This document shows positions 27,556-39,512 of a stretch of 64,000 nucleotides of DNA, one piece after another. The position numbers and the translations under genes are program-made. The notes beneath the pieces were generated by a model, which had not been told where the DNA came from, searched no databases, and saw only the letters and a list, made by a program, of their open reading frames with translations. Position 1 is the first letter of the stretch; the number at the start of each line of letters is the position of its first letter. The DNA is from Octopus sinensis (lineage: Eukaryota). The DNA lies in the NCBI RefSeq assembly GCF_006345805.1, contig NC_043001.1, forward strand, positions 50,530,001-50,594,000, read 5' to 3'.

Positions 27556-29879
27556 TTAATGTAGTGCACAAGTATCAAATAACATATAATCCTACAACTA
27601 GACAAATATGAAGATGGAAAAAAAAAGTGAGGTGAGAGAAACAAATTGGAGAAAGAAGAAGTGGGGAATAAGAAAGGAGAGGAGGGTAAAGCAAGAAAAG
27701 CAAGAAAGACGAGGAAAAAGCAAAGTAGAACAGGAGGAGAGAAAGAATGATAATAATGATGATGATGATAATGAAGCAGAAGCACTCATTAGCCCCTTAA
27801 GCCTGGTTTAAACAAGTGAAGATAAGATAACTGATTTTATAAATTAACAGAATGGTTCTGATAGAGGTGTTTGAAACTTATGATTAAGGGGGCAATTAGT
27901 TTAACATCTTTAAACCACGACCTTTGTTTCTAAGTTTATGTTTATAAATAAATGTAATAAACAAATTTAATTGTTTCACATGATATTGTTATCTTTGAAG
28001 ATCCGAACAAAATAATAGCAGAGTGCGTTACCTTTGTCGCCATTGGTTAGAATAAGGAAGCCGAACTTAAACACATTACAAACTCATCTACACAAACGAA
28101 CAAAGATAATTAGGTGAAATTAGTGTTGATAATGTCTAATCTGAACTCATCATCATCATCATTTAATATCAATTTTCCATACTGGCATGGGTTGGACGGT
28201 TTGACTGGAGGTGGCTGGAGAGTTGTCCACCTTCTAATTGTCTGTTTTGTGGAAGTGCATGGCTTAGAGGTTAGGGTCTTGAACTCATGATTGTAAGATT
28301 GTTGTTTCAATTCCTGAAACAGGCAACACATTGTGTTCTTGAACAAAACACTTCATTTCATGTTGCTCCAGTCCACTCAGCTGGCAAAAATGAGTAATCC
28401 TGCAACAGACTGGTGTACCATCCAGGTGGAGAATTCATGCACCATGAAACAAGGAAACCAGCCATTATGAGTCAGCATGACTCAAGAAGGTAACTTTACC
28501 TTTCTTTACCTTAATTGTTTGTTTTGGCATGGTTTCTACAGCTCAACCTAATGCCAGCCACTTTACAGAGTGTGCCAGGTGCTTCTTACATGACACCAGC
28601 ACAGATGCTTCATACATTGCACCAGCACAGGTGCTTTATATATGGCACCAACATGGGTGCTTTATACATCACACTGATGTGGGTACTTTATATGTGGCAC
28701 TGGCACTGGTATTTTTCATGTGGCACCAGCACAGGTGTTTTTCAAGTGGCACCAGCACAGGTGTTTTTCACATGGCACTGGCACAAGTGCTTCTTACATG
28801 GAACTAGCATGGATGCTTTTAACATGGCACTGATACAAGTACCTCTTACATGGAATTGGCATGGGGAAAAAATTGCAGGCATTTACAAGGACACAAGAGA
28901 AAATTACTTTCAAATTATGTCAATGAGCTCATTCCTGTTCTTGAATGATAGACTCAAAATTTTGAATACCAATCTGCCTAAGACCAACCCAAGTGCTAGT
29001 TATACCCTTTCTGTTTTAAAGTAATCTAAATTAAAACTTCCTGAGAAAATTTCAAGTTAATTTATATTCCAAACACCAGCTTAATGAGACAAAGTTATTC
29101 TATTAAATTCTTCATTACTTCCAAAATTAATTTAAACATAGTATATTTCAAAAGAAATATAATAACAAAGGAGCTAATCTACTGACAGATTAAATCTGTT
29201 GTCTGATCTGATACCCCCCACATAGCCCTTGGGTGTCTTTAGCAGAGTCCAGTCTGTTACAAGTCAATATGGGACTCTCTTTTAAGTTTAACATCATTCC
29301 TTCCCTAAAAAGAGTCATAAGTACTGCTTTTACTCTTCTATGTAAACTACAAAAAAAACTATTTTAAACACACAAGAGGGGACATTTAATTCAACACACT
29401 ATGAAAATTTTAAGCAATTCAGATTTTCCTGTGAATGTCTTCAAGTGTTTAGTTATATTTCTTTATATTCTGAGTTCAAACTATGCTGGGGTTGATTTTG
29501 ACTCGTTCATCCTTCCAGGATTGGTAACATAAATACCAGATAAGACCAGACATTGATCTAATCAACTATAGGTGCAGGTATGGCTGTGTGGTAAGAAGTT
29601 TGCTTCCCAACTATATGACTTTGGGTTCAATCCTATTGCGTGTAACTTTGATTGTGTCTTCTAATGTAGCCCTAGGCCTACCAAAGCCTTGAGTGGATTT
29701 GGTAGTTGGAAAGTGAAAGAAGCCCATCATAATTTACAATGTTTTGTATATAAATACAGCTAAGTAAACAATGTAATAGAAGATAGAAAAATAAGTGATG
29801 GGTGTATATACATATTTCAGGAGTTACTGCTCCTTCTTCAGCACCTCATCCAACCATTAACTATGAACACATTGTTTAA

Positions 29880-30415
29880 ACACCTACTAAGTTTAGCATT
29901 GTTGTTGTGACCCCCTTTGGCCATGAATGACCATGGGATTGCACCTAGAAAGTTACCCTTCGAGGCACAAGTCTGGGCACGGTTGTTTATGGAAGACCAG
30001 CAGTCACCCACGCATACCAGCCTCCCCTCTCCACACCACGGATGTTATACAAGGGAAAGGCAAAGGCCAATACAGCTTGGCACCAGTGACGTCGCAGCTC
30101 ATTTATTAATGTGCAAGTGGCTGAGCACTCCACAGACACATGTACCCTTAACATAGTTCTTGGGGAGATTCAGCATGATATAGAGTGTGATAAGGCTGAC
30201 CCTTTGAAATACAGGTACAACAGAAACAGGAAGAAAGAGTGAGAGAAAGTTGTGGTGAAAGAGTACAGCAGGGTTTACAACCACACTGTTGGAGCCTCGT
30301 GGAGCTTTAGGTGTTTTCGCTCAATAAACACTCACAATGCCTGGTCTGGGAATTGAAACTGTGATCCTATAACCGCGAGTCCGCTGCCCTAACCACTGGG
30401 CCATTGCGCCTTCAC
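29880..30415 (-). mobile_element. tRNA-derived SINE, family E
   Basis: Head GAAGGCGCAATGGCCCAGTGGTTAGGGCAGCGGACTC...GTTTCAATTCCC; the 3' body is shared with 47345-47575. Confidence 0.65.
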
Positions 30416-32029
30416 AAGTTTAGCATTCTAACACTAATGGATAGACCAATGTACAAATCAAATATATTTGCATATAAATTTTTAATATACTTAGTAGTAT
30501 ACTATGGTTGCAAAATGAAATATAGTTTCCCAATCAGTAATTAATACATACATACCAGTTGCCAGGAGTGTGTTTAATATATAAATTGGTCTGTTCATTA
30601 GCGTTACACCTCTAAACTTAGTGGGTATTTAAGCAATTTGTTCGTGGATAGTTAATGGGTTGGATGTAGTACTGAAGAAGGAGCAATAACTTCTGAGATA
30701 TCTATATACACCCATTACCCAATTTTCAATCTTCAATTGCCTTGTTTACATAGATGTATTTGTATATAAAACATTGTAACTTTCAGTGCTAGCTCTAAAT
30801 TTTATAGAAGATTTGAAGAGGTAACTTAAGAGTGATAGATAGATAGATTGATATTCAGTTTTTTTTAAAGCTTCTAATATAATTTCTTAAGAAGGAAACA
30901 CCATGCTTTATATAGTTAAGAACTTCACCAAGTCAAAATCGCTAACCACCAGTATCAAAAGCACTCTGATGGCCCATACCACTTTGACCAACCTGACATA
31001 TCAGTTAATAAATATGACTTCATTAGTGCAAATTTAAAAATCTAGATTATCAGAGTAACAGGTCATAGACCACATATGTTAAATTAATTATCCTTGTTTT
31101 GATATAAAACAATCATCATCATCATCACCTTTATTTTCTCATTTTCATTTTATGTCTCCTCATGTTGGCATGGGTTAGACAGGTTATCACAGTCTGAGTC
31201 AGATTTAGTTTATCTAGTTGCTGTCCTCCTGAGTGGGGATTGCAGGTTCAAATCAAGTTCATATGTTCTAATTTTGGCATGGTTTCTGCAGGTGGGTACC
31301 TTACATAACACAGATCACTTTATCACTTAAGACCTCACCATACTAAACAAGGTACTGCTACTATCACAAGTGACATTGATAGACTAACCAACTTTGACCA
31401 AACCAATATATATCAGTTAAAAAAATATGACATCATGACTTCTAATCTAGTTTATCATACTGATGCCACATAGACTATATATGTTAAATTAACTATGTCT
31501 GCTGAGATACACAATCATCATCATTTTAATTCTGCTTTCCCTACTGACACAGGTTATCACAGTACAAGCCAGTTCTTATCCAGAGTTAGTATTTCCTAAG
31601 ATGGATTGAGATACCATTTCTTACTCATATGCTTCCTTTCACAACTAGATACCCTTCCTACTGCCAACCACTTTACAACTATTCTCAAATGGGAGGCAGT
31701 TGGTCCCTCCCAAGGAATGAATTCCAAATACGAAATGGCAAACTCTAACTAGTAGAGAAATGTAGGAGACGGATTTCAGTTAGAAAAAGAACACCACATA
31801 CAGAAAAAATACACTATAACACAGTATTAACTGTTTGTTGTTTTCATATCTATTTTTCTCTGCTAGCAGAAATTGGACAGAAACATATTTGAGGCAAGAT
31901 TTTACAGCTAGATGTTCTTTCTGTCACTGAACCACATCTGTTTCATATTCACACACATTGGAATGTGTGCACTCAAATATACATACACACACATATATAT
32001 CATCATCATTTAACTTTTGTTAAATATGG

Positions 32030-32782
32030 AGATGCCATTATGAAAGACTGCTGAATGTGGAGAATGAATGAGAGGAGGAGAGTCTGCCAAAGGCAGTGAA
32101 ATATGGCTCGTGACTGCTAAGGACATGCATACACGACAGAGTGTAAGTGCTCTGAGAGAAAAGTTGGACATAAGAAGCATCAAATGTGGTGTGCAAGAGA
32201 GATGACTGTGCTGGTATGGTCATGTGTTACGTATGGATGAGGACAGCTGTGTGAGGAAGTGCCACTCCCTAACTGTAGAAGGAACCTGTGGAAAAGGTAG
32301 ACCCAGGAAGACATGGGACGAGACGGTGAAGCATGACCTTCGAACAGTGGGCCTCACAGAGGCAATGACAGGAGACTGCGACCTTTGGAGATATGCTGTG
32401 AGTGAGAAGACTAAGCAACTAAAGTGAGATCGCAGCTGTGGCCAGTGCCCGTGGACTGACTTCCATACTGGTGGCACATAAAAAGCACCATCCGAATGTG
32501 GCCGATGCCAGTACCCGCTGACTTGCTCCTGTTCCAGTGGCATGTAAAAAGCACTATCTGAACATGATTGATGCCAGGCTTGCCTAACTGGATCCTGTGC
32601 CAATGGCACATAAAAAGCACCCACTACACACTCGGAGTGGTTGACTTTAGGAAGGGCATCCAGCTGTAGAAACATTGCTAGATCAGATTGGAGCCTGGTG
32701 CAACTGCTGGCTCTCCAGACCTCAGTCAAACTGTCCAACCCATGCCAGCATGGAAAACAGACATTAAACGATGATGATGATA
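32030..32782 (+). mobile_element. RTE (BovB-like) LINE 3' end with a subrepeat-rich 3' UTR and (GAT)n tail
   Basis: WYGHVLRMDEDSCVRKC...GRPRKTW; GCACATAAAAAGCACC subrepeats; ends in AAACGATGATGAT. Confidence 0.85.
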
Positions 32783-33649
32783 TTGTTGTGTCTGGGGAGA
32801 GTCATTCTGCTTTAATGCCCTATCAATCAACACACTCACAGGTTCAATTTCCACTCATTTACTTATCTATTTAATTTAAAAAATTTTTTTGTTGCTTCTT
32901 GCAACCTCTTCAATAGTTATTGATTCTGTCCATTATCAGAGTTGCGTTCTTTTTATTTATTAGATTGTACACATGTGTGTACATCAGTGTGCATGAGTAT
33001 ACACATATGCATGTATGTATGTATGTATGTTTGTATGTAGGTGTGTATACATATATATCATTCGTTTTGTTTCGTTTAACGTCTGCTTTCCATGCTAGCA
33101 TGGGTTGGACGATTTGACTGAGGACTGGCAAACCAGATGGCTGCACCAGGCTCCAATCTGATCTGGCAGAGTTTCTAAAGCTGGATGCCCTTCCTAACGC
33201 CAACCACTCTAAGAGCGTAGTGGGTGCTTTTATGTGCCACCGGCATGAGGGCCAGTCAGGCGGTACTGGCAATGGCCACGCTCAAGTGGTGTTTTTTATG
33301 TGCCATCTGCACAGGAGCCAGTCCAGTGGCACTGGCAACGACCTTGTTCGAATGTTTTTCACGTGCCACTACCACAAGTGCCACTAAGATGATGCTGGTA
33401 ACAATCACGTTTGAATGGTGCTTTTTACGTACCACCCACACAGAAGCCAATCAGCTGCTCTGGCAGCGATCACGCTCGGATGGTGCTCTTAGCGCTCCAT
33501 TGGCATGAGTGCCAGTCATTGAATTTGTGAATTTGATTTGATTTCGATTTCACTTGCCTAATCAGATCTTCACAAGCAGAGTTTAGTGTCCAATGAAGGG
33601 AAAGGTACGCATGAGTGGGCTAGGCCATATATATATATATATATATAGA

Positions 33650-34248
33650 TCATCATCATCATTGTTCGACCGTGGTCGAGACAATGGAATTTACCATGCT
33701 ACGCCAGACTTCATGGTCCATCATAGAATTACAGAGGTCCTGTTGCTGGATGCCTGTATCCCTGGAGATTACATCAGGATAGGAGAGTGAGCGCCCTCTG
33801 GTATTGCGAGTAGATGGCTTCCAGAGGAGAAGAGTAGAAATTGCCTCGTTTTCAGCTCTACAACAATGTCCAGCAAACTGGACTCTCCTACCTTTCACAA
33901 GAGATGATACAGGTGGTAGTTTCCTATATATTTGCATTTTGGTTGGATGACTCTTCCACGAGAGATTTTGAGCTCTTATAAGGAGGCGAGTGTAGGTTCC
34001 ATCCAACCGCCTCTCAAGCTTCTTTGATAACGTCCAGATTTCTGAGCCATATAGTAGAATTGGTTCGACTGTGGCTTTGAAGATTTCAAGTTTGAAGTCT
34101 CTACTTAGATTTGATGACCAGATCTTATGCATGTCATTACAGGCTGACCAGGCCATACACTTTCTAGTTAGAAAATCTTTTCCAGATGAGGATATGTATG
34201 ACCAAAGATATTTGTAATCAGAAACCATATTTAAGGGCGCATCGTTGA
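33650..34248 (-). mobile_element. RTE-group (RTE-X-like) LINE 3' fragment
   Basis: YKYLWS...PILLYGSEIWTL...LDGTYTRLL...RVQFAGHC, stop codon followed by (TGA)n. Confidence 0.85.
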
Positions 34249-34718
34249 GAGTATGGATAGATAGATATAGATATATGTATATATGCATGTATGCGCATGT
34301 GCACATTTGTATGTATGTATTCTGCATATTTATGTGTTTGTGTGTTTGTATGTGACACACACACACATACATACAAACACACAAACATGAACACAGAAAC
34401 ACATGAATATGCAGAATACATACATAAACACGCGCATACATACAAACATACATATAAGTGTATACACATGCTCCAATATAAATGTATACACAGCTCCAAT
34501 AACGGACAGAGTCAACAAGTATTGAAGAGGTTGAAAGAAGCAACAAAAATTTTAGAAAAAAATTAAATAAATAAGTAAACGAGTGGAAATTGAACCAGTG
34601 CGTGTGTTAATAAGGCATTAAAACAGAATGACTCATCCCAGACACAACAAAATACGCTTCAACACATGAATTCACTTAAAGAATTTTGTAAACTAAATGC
34701 AAAAATAAAATATATATA

Positions 34719-34765
<47 letters not shown>

Positions 34766-34766
<1 letters not shown>

Positions 34767-34938
34767 GGGACGAAGGCAGGTGGAGTACAAACAAACAAAT
34801 GTATTAGTATGGCGCTCAGGAATAGAAATAGAACAAGTCTTTTACATTTTGAGCCTACGCTCTTCGACAGAAAGATACACAGAAAAAAACAAGGAGAGAA
34901 AAAAATGCGTGTAGGAGCTAACGGTCTACCATGGCGTT
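34766..34938 (-). mobile_element. Family D repeat copy (motif mutated, GAAAC to AAAAT)
   Basis: Homologous to 281-447 and 45455-45685; (TA)n flanks. Confidence 0.6.
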
Positions 34939-34960
34939 CTATATATATATATATATATAT

Positions 34961-35109
34961 TAGATGTAAATTTTTTCTGTGTCCCTTTCTGTAGAAGAGC
35001 ATAGGCTCGAAACGTAAAATCCTTTTTCTATTCCTGAGCATTATACTAATACATCTGTTTGTTTTGTACATCACCTGTCTTCGTCTTTTGTTTTTTTCGT
35101 AAACTCTCC

Positions 35110-35112
<3 letters not shown>
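34961..35112 (+). mobile_element. Family D repeat copy
   Basis: CCTTT-CTGTAGA-A-GAGC(ATAG)GCTC-GAAACGT-A at 34984-35016; (TA)n flanks. Confidence 0.6.
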
Positions 35113-35146
<34 letters not shown>

Positions 35147-35344
35147 AAATATCAAAGTGAGTTATATACAGTAGCGGTAACACATCGTGACGTATTTTTG
35201 CCATTTCAATATGGCTAACCCCTAAGGGTGGATGCTACTGTAGTTTTTAGCCCCAGGAGGACACACTCCTCCAGCTGGCCATAGACACACTATCTGTGTC
35301 CTGTCAGTATTTGAAAAGGGAAGTCATCCTTCCCGTCTTCAACT

Positions 35345-35405
35345 TATGATACACACGGACTCGAGTTTCGAGGTATTGACCTCTCGTCAGCGTGTGACAA
35401 TCATA
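35345..35405 (-). ncRNA. Type I hammerhead ribozyme, canonical core (inverted copy, same strand as the host gene)
   Basis: Exact reverse complement of the plus-strand HHR; predicted cleavage between 35358 and 35357. Confidence 0.9.
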
Positions 35406-35713
35406 GTTGCGTGTGACAATCATAAGTTGAAGACGGGAAGGATGACTTCCCTTTGCAAATACTGACAGGACACAGATAGTGTGTCTATGGCCAGCTGGAG
35501 GAGTGTGTCCTCCTGGGGCTAAAAACTACAGTAGCATCCCTTAGGGGTTAGCCATATTGAAATGGCAAAAATACGTCACGATGTGTTACCGCTACTGTAT
35601 ATAACTCACTTTGATATTTATCATTGTTTGATTTCACTTTTTCAATATCAGCGACAGTGGACGCTGGAAAAAGTATAAGTATTTGTGAAGGAAATCTAAT
35701 TCTCGGCGACAAC

Positions 35714-35774
35714 TATGATTGTCACACGCTGACGAGAGGTCAATACCTCGAAACTCGAGTCCGTGTGTATCATA
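35714..35774 (+). ncRNA. Type I hammerhead ribozyme, canonical core
   Basis: CACACG-CTGACGA-GAGGT(CAAT)ACCTC-GAA-ACTCGAGT-C-CGTGTG. Stem I is 6 bp plus a TATGAT/ATCATA extension beyond an internal loop. Stem II is 5 bp and stem III is a palindrome. GUC cleavage site after 35761. Confidence 0.92.
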
Positions 35775-36065
35775 AGTTGAAGACGGAAGGATGACTTCCC
35801 TTTGCAAATACTGACAGGACACAGATAGTGTGTCTATGGCCAGCTGGAGGAGTGTGTCCTCCTGGGGCTAAAAACTACAGTAGCATCCACCCTTAGGGGT
35901 TAGCCATATTGAAATGGCAAAAATACGTCACGATGTGTTACCGCTACTGTATATAACTCACTTTGATATTTATCATTGTTTGATTTCACTTTTTCAATAT
36001 CAGCGACAGTGGACGCTGGAAAAAGTATAAGTATTTGTGAAGGAAATCTAATTCTCGGCGACAAC

Positions 36066-36126
36066 TATGATTGTCACACGCTGACGAGAGGTCAATACCT
36101 CGAAACTCGAGTCCGTGTGTATCATA
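36066..36126 (+). ncRNA. Type I hammerhead ribozyme, canonical core (second tandem copy)
   Basis: Identical to 35714-35774; predicted cleavage after 36113. Confidence 0.92.
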
Positions 36127-36280
36127 AGTTGAAGACGGGAAGGATGACTTCCCTTTGCAAATACTGACAGGACACAGATAGTGTGTCTATGGCCAGCTGG
36201 AGGAGTGTGTCCTCCTGGGGCTAAAAACTACAGTAGCATCCACCCTTAGGGGTTAGCCATATTGAAATGGCAAAAATACG

Positions 36281-36356
<76 letters not shown>

Positions 36357-37011
36357 GGAGGAGGAGCACTCCATCAGTTATGATTAAGACTGTAAGTTTG
36401 TACCAGAGAACCAGTGGGTTGGTATAAAAAAATCGTTTATGAACAATGAAGCTCACACAGTAAGGGTTAATAGTTCAATTGGGATTACACTCATGGTGAC
36501 TTAATTTGAGCTTAATAAATATGATTTAACAATATCAACTGGTCACTTACAGGAGTAGTAATTAGGTATTATATAGTATGATATTCGCTGTTATATAATA
36601 ATTAATGAAGGGCGCTTTAAGATACCTATGATTTCTATGAGAATCGTTATCTTTATTTGTTTCAGTCATTTGAATGCGGCCATGCTGGGGCACTGCCTTC
36701 AAGAATCCTTAGTCAAATGAATCGAGCCTAGTACTTATTTTTTTTAAAGCCCGGTACCTATGCTATCGATACTTTTTTCAAACCGCTAAGTTACGAGGAC
36801 GTAAACACACCAACACTGGTTGTCAAGTGGTGGTGGGAGACAAACACACACACACATATGCATGTATGTATATATATATATAGACACGTGTGTGTGTGTT
36901 TGTCTCCCACCAGCGATTCACAACCGATGTTGGTGTGTTTACGTCCTCGTAACTTAGCGGTTCGGCAAAAGGATTCGATAAAAAAAGTACCGGGCTTAAA
37001 AAAAAGTAAGT

Positions 37012-37029
37012 ATATATACACTTGTAATA

Positions 37030-37086
<57 letters not shown>

Positions 37087-37282
37087 GTGTGTATGTATAT
37101 ATATATATATATATACATACATACATATGTGTGTGTGTATATATATATATATATATAAATATATATATATATACATGTGTGTGTGTGTGTATGTATATAT
37201 ATATATATATAATATATATATATATACATATATACATATGTGTGTGTGTGTGTATGTATATATATACATACATATATACATA

Positions 37283-37337
<55 letters not shown>

Positions 37338-37345
37338 GTATGTAT
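37012..37345. repeat. Compound (TA)n/(TG)n/(TACA)n microsatellite
   Basis: Direct observation; source of several spurious YI/CV-rich ORFs. Confidence 0.95.
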
Positions 37346-37635
37346 TCGACTGTCTTCTTTCAGTTACCGTCTACCAAATCCATTCACAAAGCCTTGGTCG
37401 ACCCGAGTCAATAGAAGACACTTGCCCAAGGTGCCACGTAATAGGACTGGACCCTATGAACCGTGTAGTTGGGAAGCAAGCTTCTTATTACACAGCCACA
37501 CCTGCACCTAGTATACTTTTTAGAAAATGTTTAGCCCCCAGATCAACTCAAATCGAGTAGACTTATCAAAGCCATTCCTCATCTTTTTATATATATATAT
37601 ATATATTATATATATATATATAATATATATATATA

Positions 37636-37853
37636 CCGGAGTAAACACATAAATGTGAAACAAGGTGGAAAAAAAGAGTACTCAAATACCAGGGGTAGAG
37701 TAATATGCTTTATTTAAAAGCAGCAGAAATTCAACAAAACTTGTTACTCTGAGTTTCACGTTCCCATCGTCGGACAAACAAAAACTGTCCGACGAACGGG
37801 AACGTGAAACTCAGAGTAACAAGTTTTGTTGAATTTCTGCTGCTTTTAAATAA
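37636..37853. mobile_element. Short Penelope-like terminal repeat fragment with an inverted duplicate (fold-back 37710-37853)
   Basis: ~67-bp arms with a 9-nt loop, containing the HHR variant; flanked by (TA)n on both sides. Confidence 0.6.
37777..37830 (+). ncRNA. Minimal type I hammerhead variant (U4C core)
   Basis: AAAACTGT-CCGACGA-ACG(GGAA)CGT-GAA-ACTCAGAGT-A-ACAAGTTTT. Stem I pairs with one bulge, stem III is near-palindromic and the triplet is GUA. Confidence 0.65.
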
Positions 37854-38960
37854 TATATATATATAATATATATATATATATAACTCGGACTACATTATTT
37901 CATGTCCTTTTTATTTTTATCATGGTAAAGTAGATTTGGCTGTTATTTCTACGAAGCCATTCGCACGTAGAAGCCCGCGTTAGTTGTGCGCAAAAGCATA
38001 TTTACATCTAATATAAACATTTACTTCAGAGATTTTTCGGTGGATCTAGCTTTATTTACTTTACAGTAAGATCACACACACACATCATTTAAAGCTGGTG
38101 TTTCCAACCTGATGTGTGTGCACCCACTGAGGATGCGAAAGAGCATTACAATGGGTAAAACAAAGAAGAGTATATAATTATTAGAATAACTTCTCAGAAT
38201 AAAAATTACCAATCAAGTTTTTAAAACAAGTGTTTTTTAATAAGCATTCCAAGAACTTCGGCATTTCACAATACTGTATAAAGTGATCTGTGGTTTTAGG
38301 TATTATTACTTAAAAATAAAAGATCGCTGAAAATATTTACGTAATTAAATGTGATACTACTTTTATATGAAGTACGAAAATTAGACATTTCCTAAAAAAC
38401 GTGTGGGTCAAAGAAAAATAGTTGGGAACCACCGACTGAAAGGAAAATGTCTTAAATGGAACGTTTTTAATTTTATTTCTTTAGAAAAGATCAGACACCT
38501 TAATTATCAATACATTCTTCAAACGATTCTGATCGGACTTCGATTGATTCTATTTTTCCCTTTGTTTTTATGTATATAGGTGTATTTTATTTACTATCCC
38601 CACACATATATAAAGTTCATTCAAGACAAAGTTCATTCAACTTCGTTCACATCCACTCATTATAAACAATAAATTTTAAAGCAATCACTAACGGCACCGA
38701 TACACACGTATAGTTAAAAACAAAGGAACTGAATAATATTTAACGCGATGACAACCAAATTCAATGCTAAAATGTTACGATTAGATGGTTAGCATCCTGA
38801 TGTCAAGATAAACATCATGATTATTTATCATATATATATGTATGTATATATATATATATATAAATTTGAATAAGGGTAGAAATTGATATTAATCAATTAA
38901 TACCAGTGGCCTAGCATATTAAAAAAATCCGAAGATTAAAATATTTTTACATACAAAATG

Positions 38961-39128
38961 TAAAGGACTGACCACTAAAAGTGGACGGTCAACATGTTAG
39001 ATATAGACGTCAAATCGCTATTTTCCACGAAGAATGTGTTCTCAAATAAACACATTCTTCGTGGAAAATAGCGATTTGACGTCTATATCTAGCATGTTGA
39101 CCGTCCACTTTTAGCGGTCAGTCCTTTA
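38961..39128. repeat. 80-bp inverted repeat with an 8-nt loop
   Basis: Arms 38961-39040 and 39049-39128, two mismatches; part of an element flanked by (TA)n. Confidence 0.9.
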
Positions 39129-39129
39129 A

Positions 39130-39162
<33 letters not shown>

Positions 39163-39512
39163 GAACGTTATTGAACCCGTTCATGTTGACAGTTTTAGAG
39201 TTTTTAAGGATAAGGTTTACAGTTCGATAGACATAAATACACGATCGATTCAAACTGTGTGTGTTTTAGCAAAGGCACTAGGAGAGTAAATAATCATACC
39301 CACTCTAGCCAACACATGTATTGAGTACTCATTCGAACTATAGTCTTCCCAGATTCGTTCTGGGTTATCATATATACAAAATAAGGTGTTGTTGTTATTA
39401 ATTGAAAATCTATTTCGTATGTTTGTCTTGTTACAAGTATATTCCTTCTACTACGAAATTCAAGTAACACAAAAAGAACAATAAATAAACAATAAAAAAT
39501 TAGCATACGAAC

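Larger units (their letters stand above)
35142..36284 (+). mobile_element. Hammerhead-bearing tandem repeat (non-LTR retrozyme / non-autonomous Penelope-like pLTR array) with an inverted 5' copy
   Basis: Inverted partial copy at 35142-35409, then plus-strand units 35410-35761, 35762-36113 (352 nt each) and 36114-36284 (partial). Copies are near-identical with CpGs intact, there is no credible ORF, and (TA)n flanks both sides. Confidence 0.85.

Noticed and set aside
28515-29024. 169-aa ORF with repeated APAQV motifs
   Set aside because: It derives from the GCACC...AAAAAGCACC subrepeats of the RTE 3' UTR read antisense.
36791-37560. Long YI/CV/HT-rich ORFs (also 10875-11063, 34676-35155, 48836-49375)
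   Set aside because: Translations of stop-free (TA)n/(TG)n microsatellites; not proteins.
38095-38432. Degenerate hAT-like TIR pair
   Set aside because: TIRs are imperfect and there is no identifiable 8-bp TSD.
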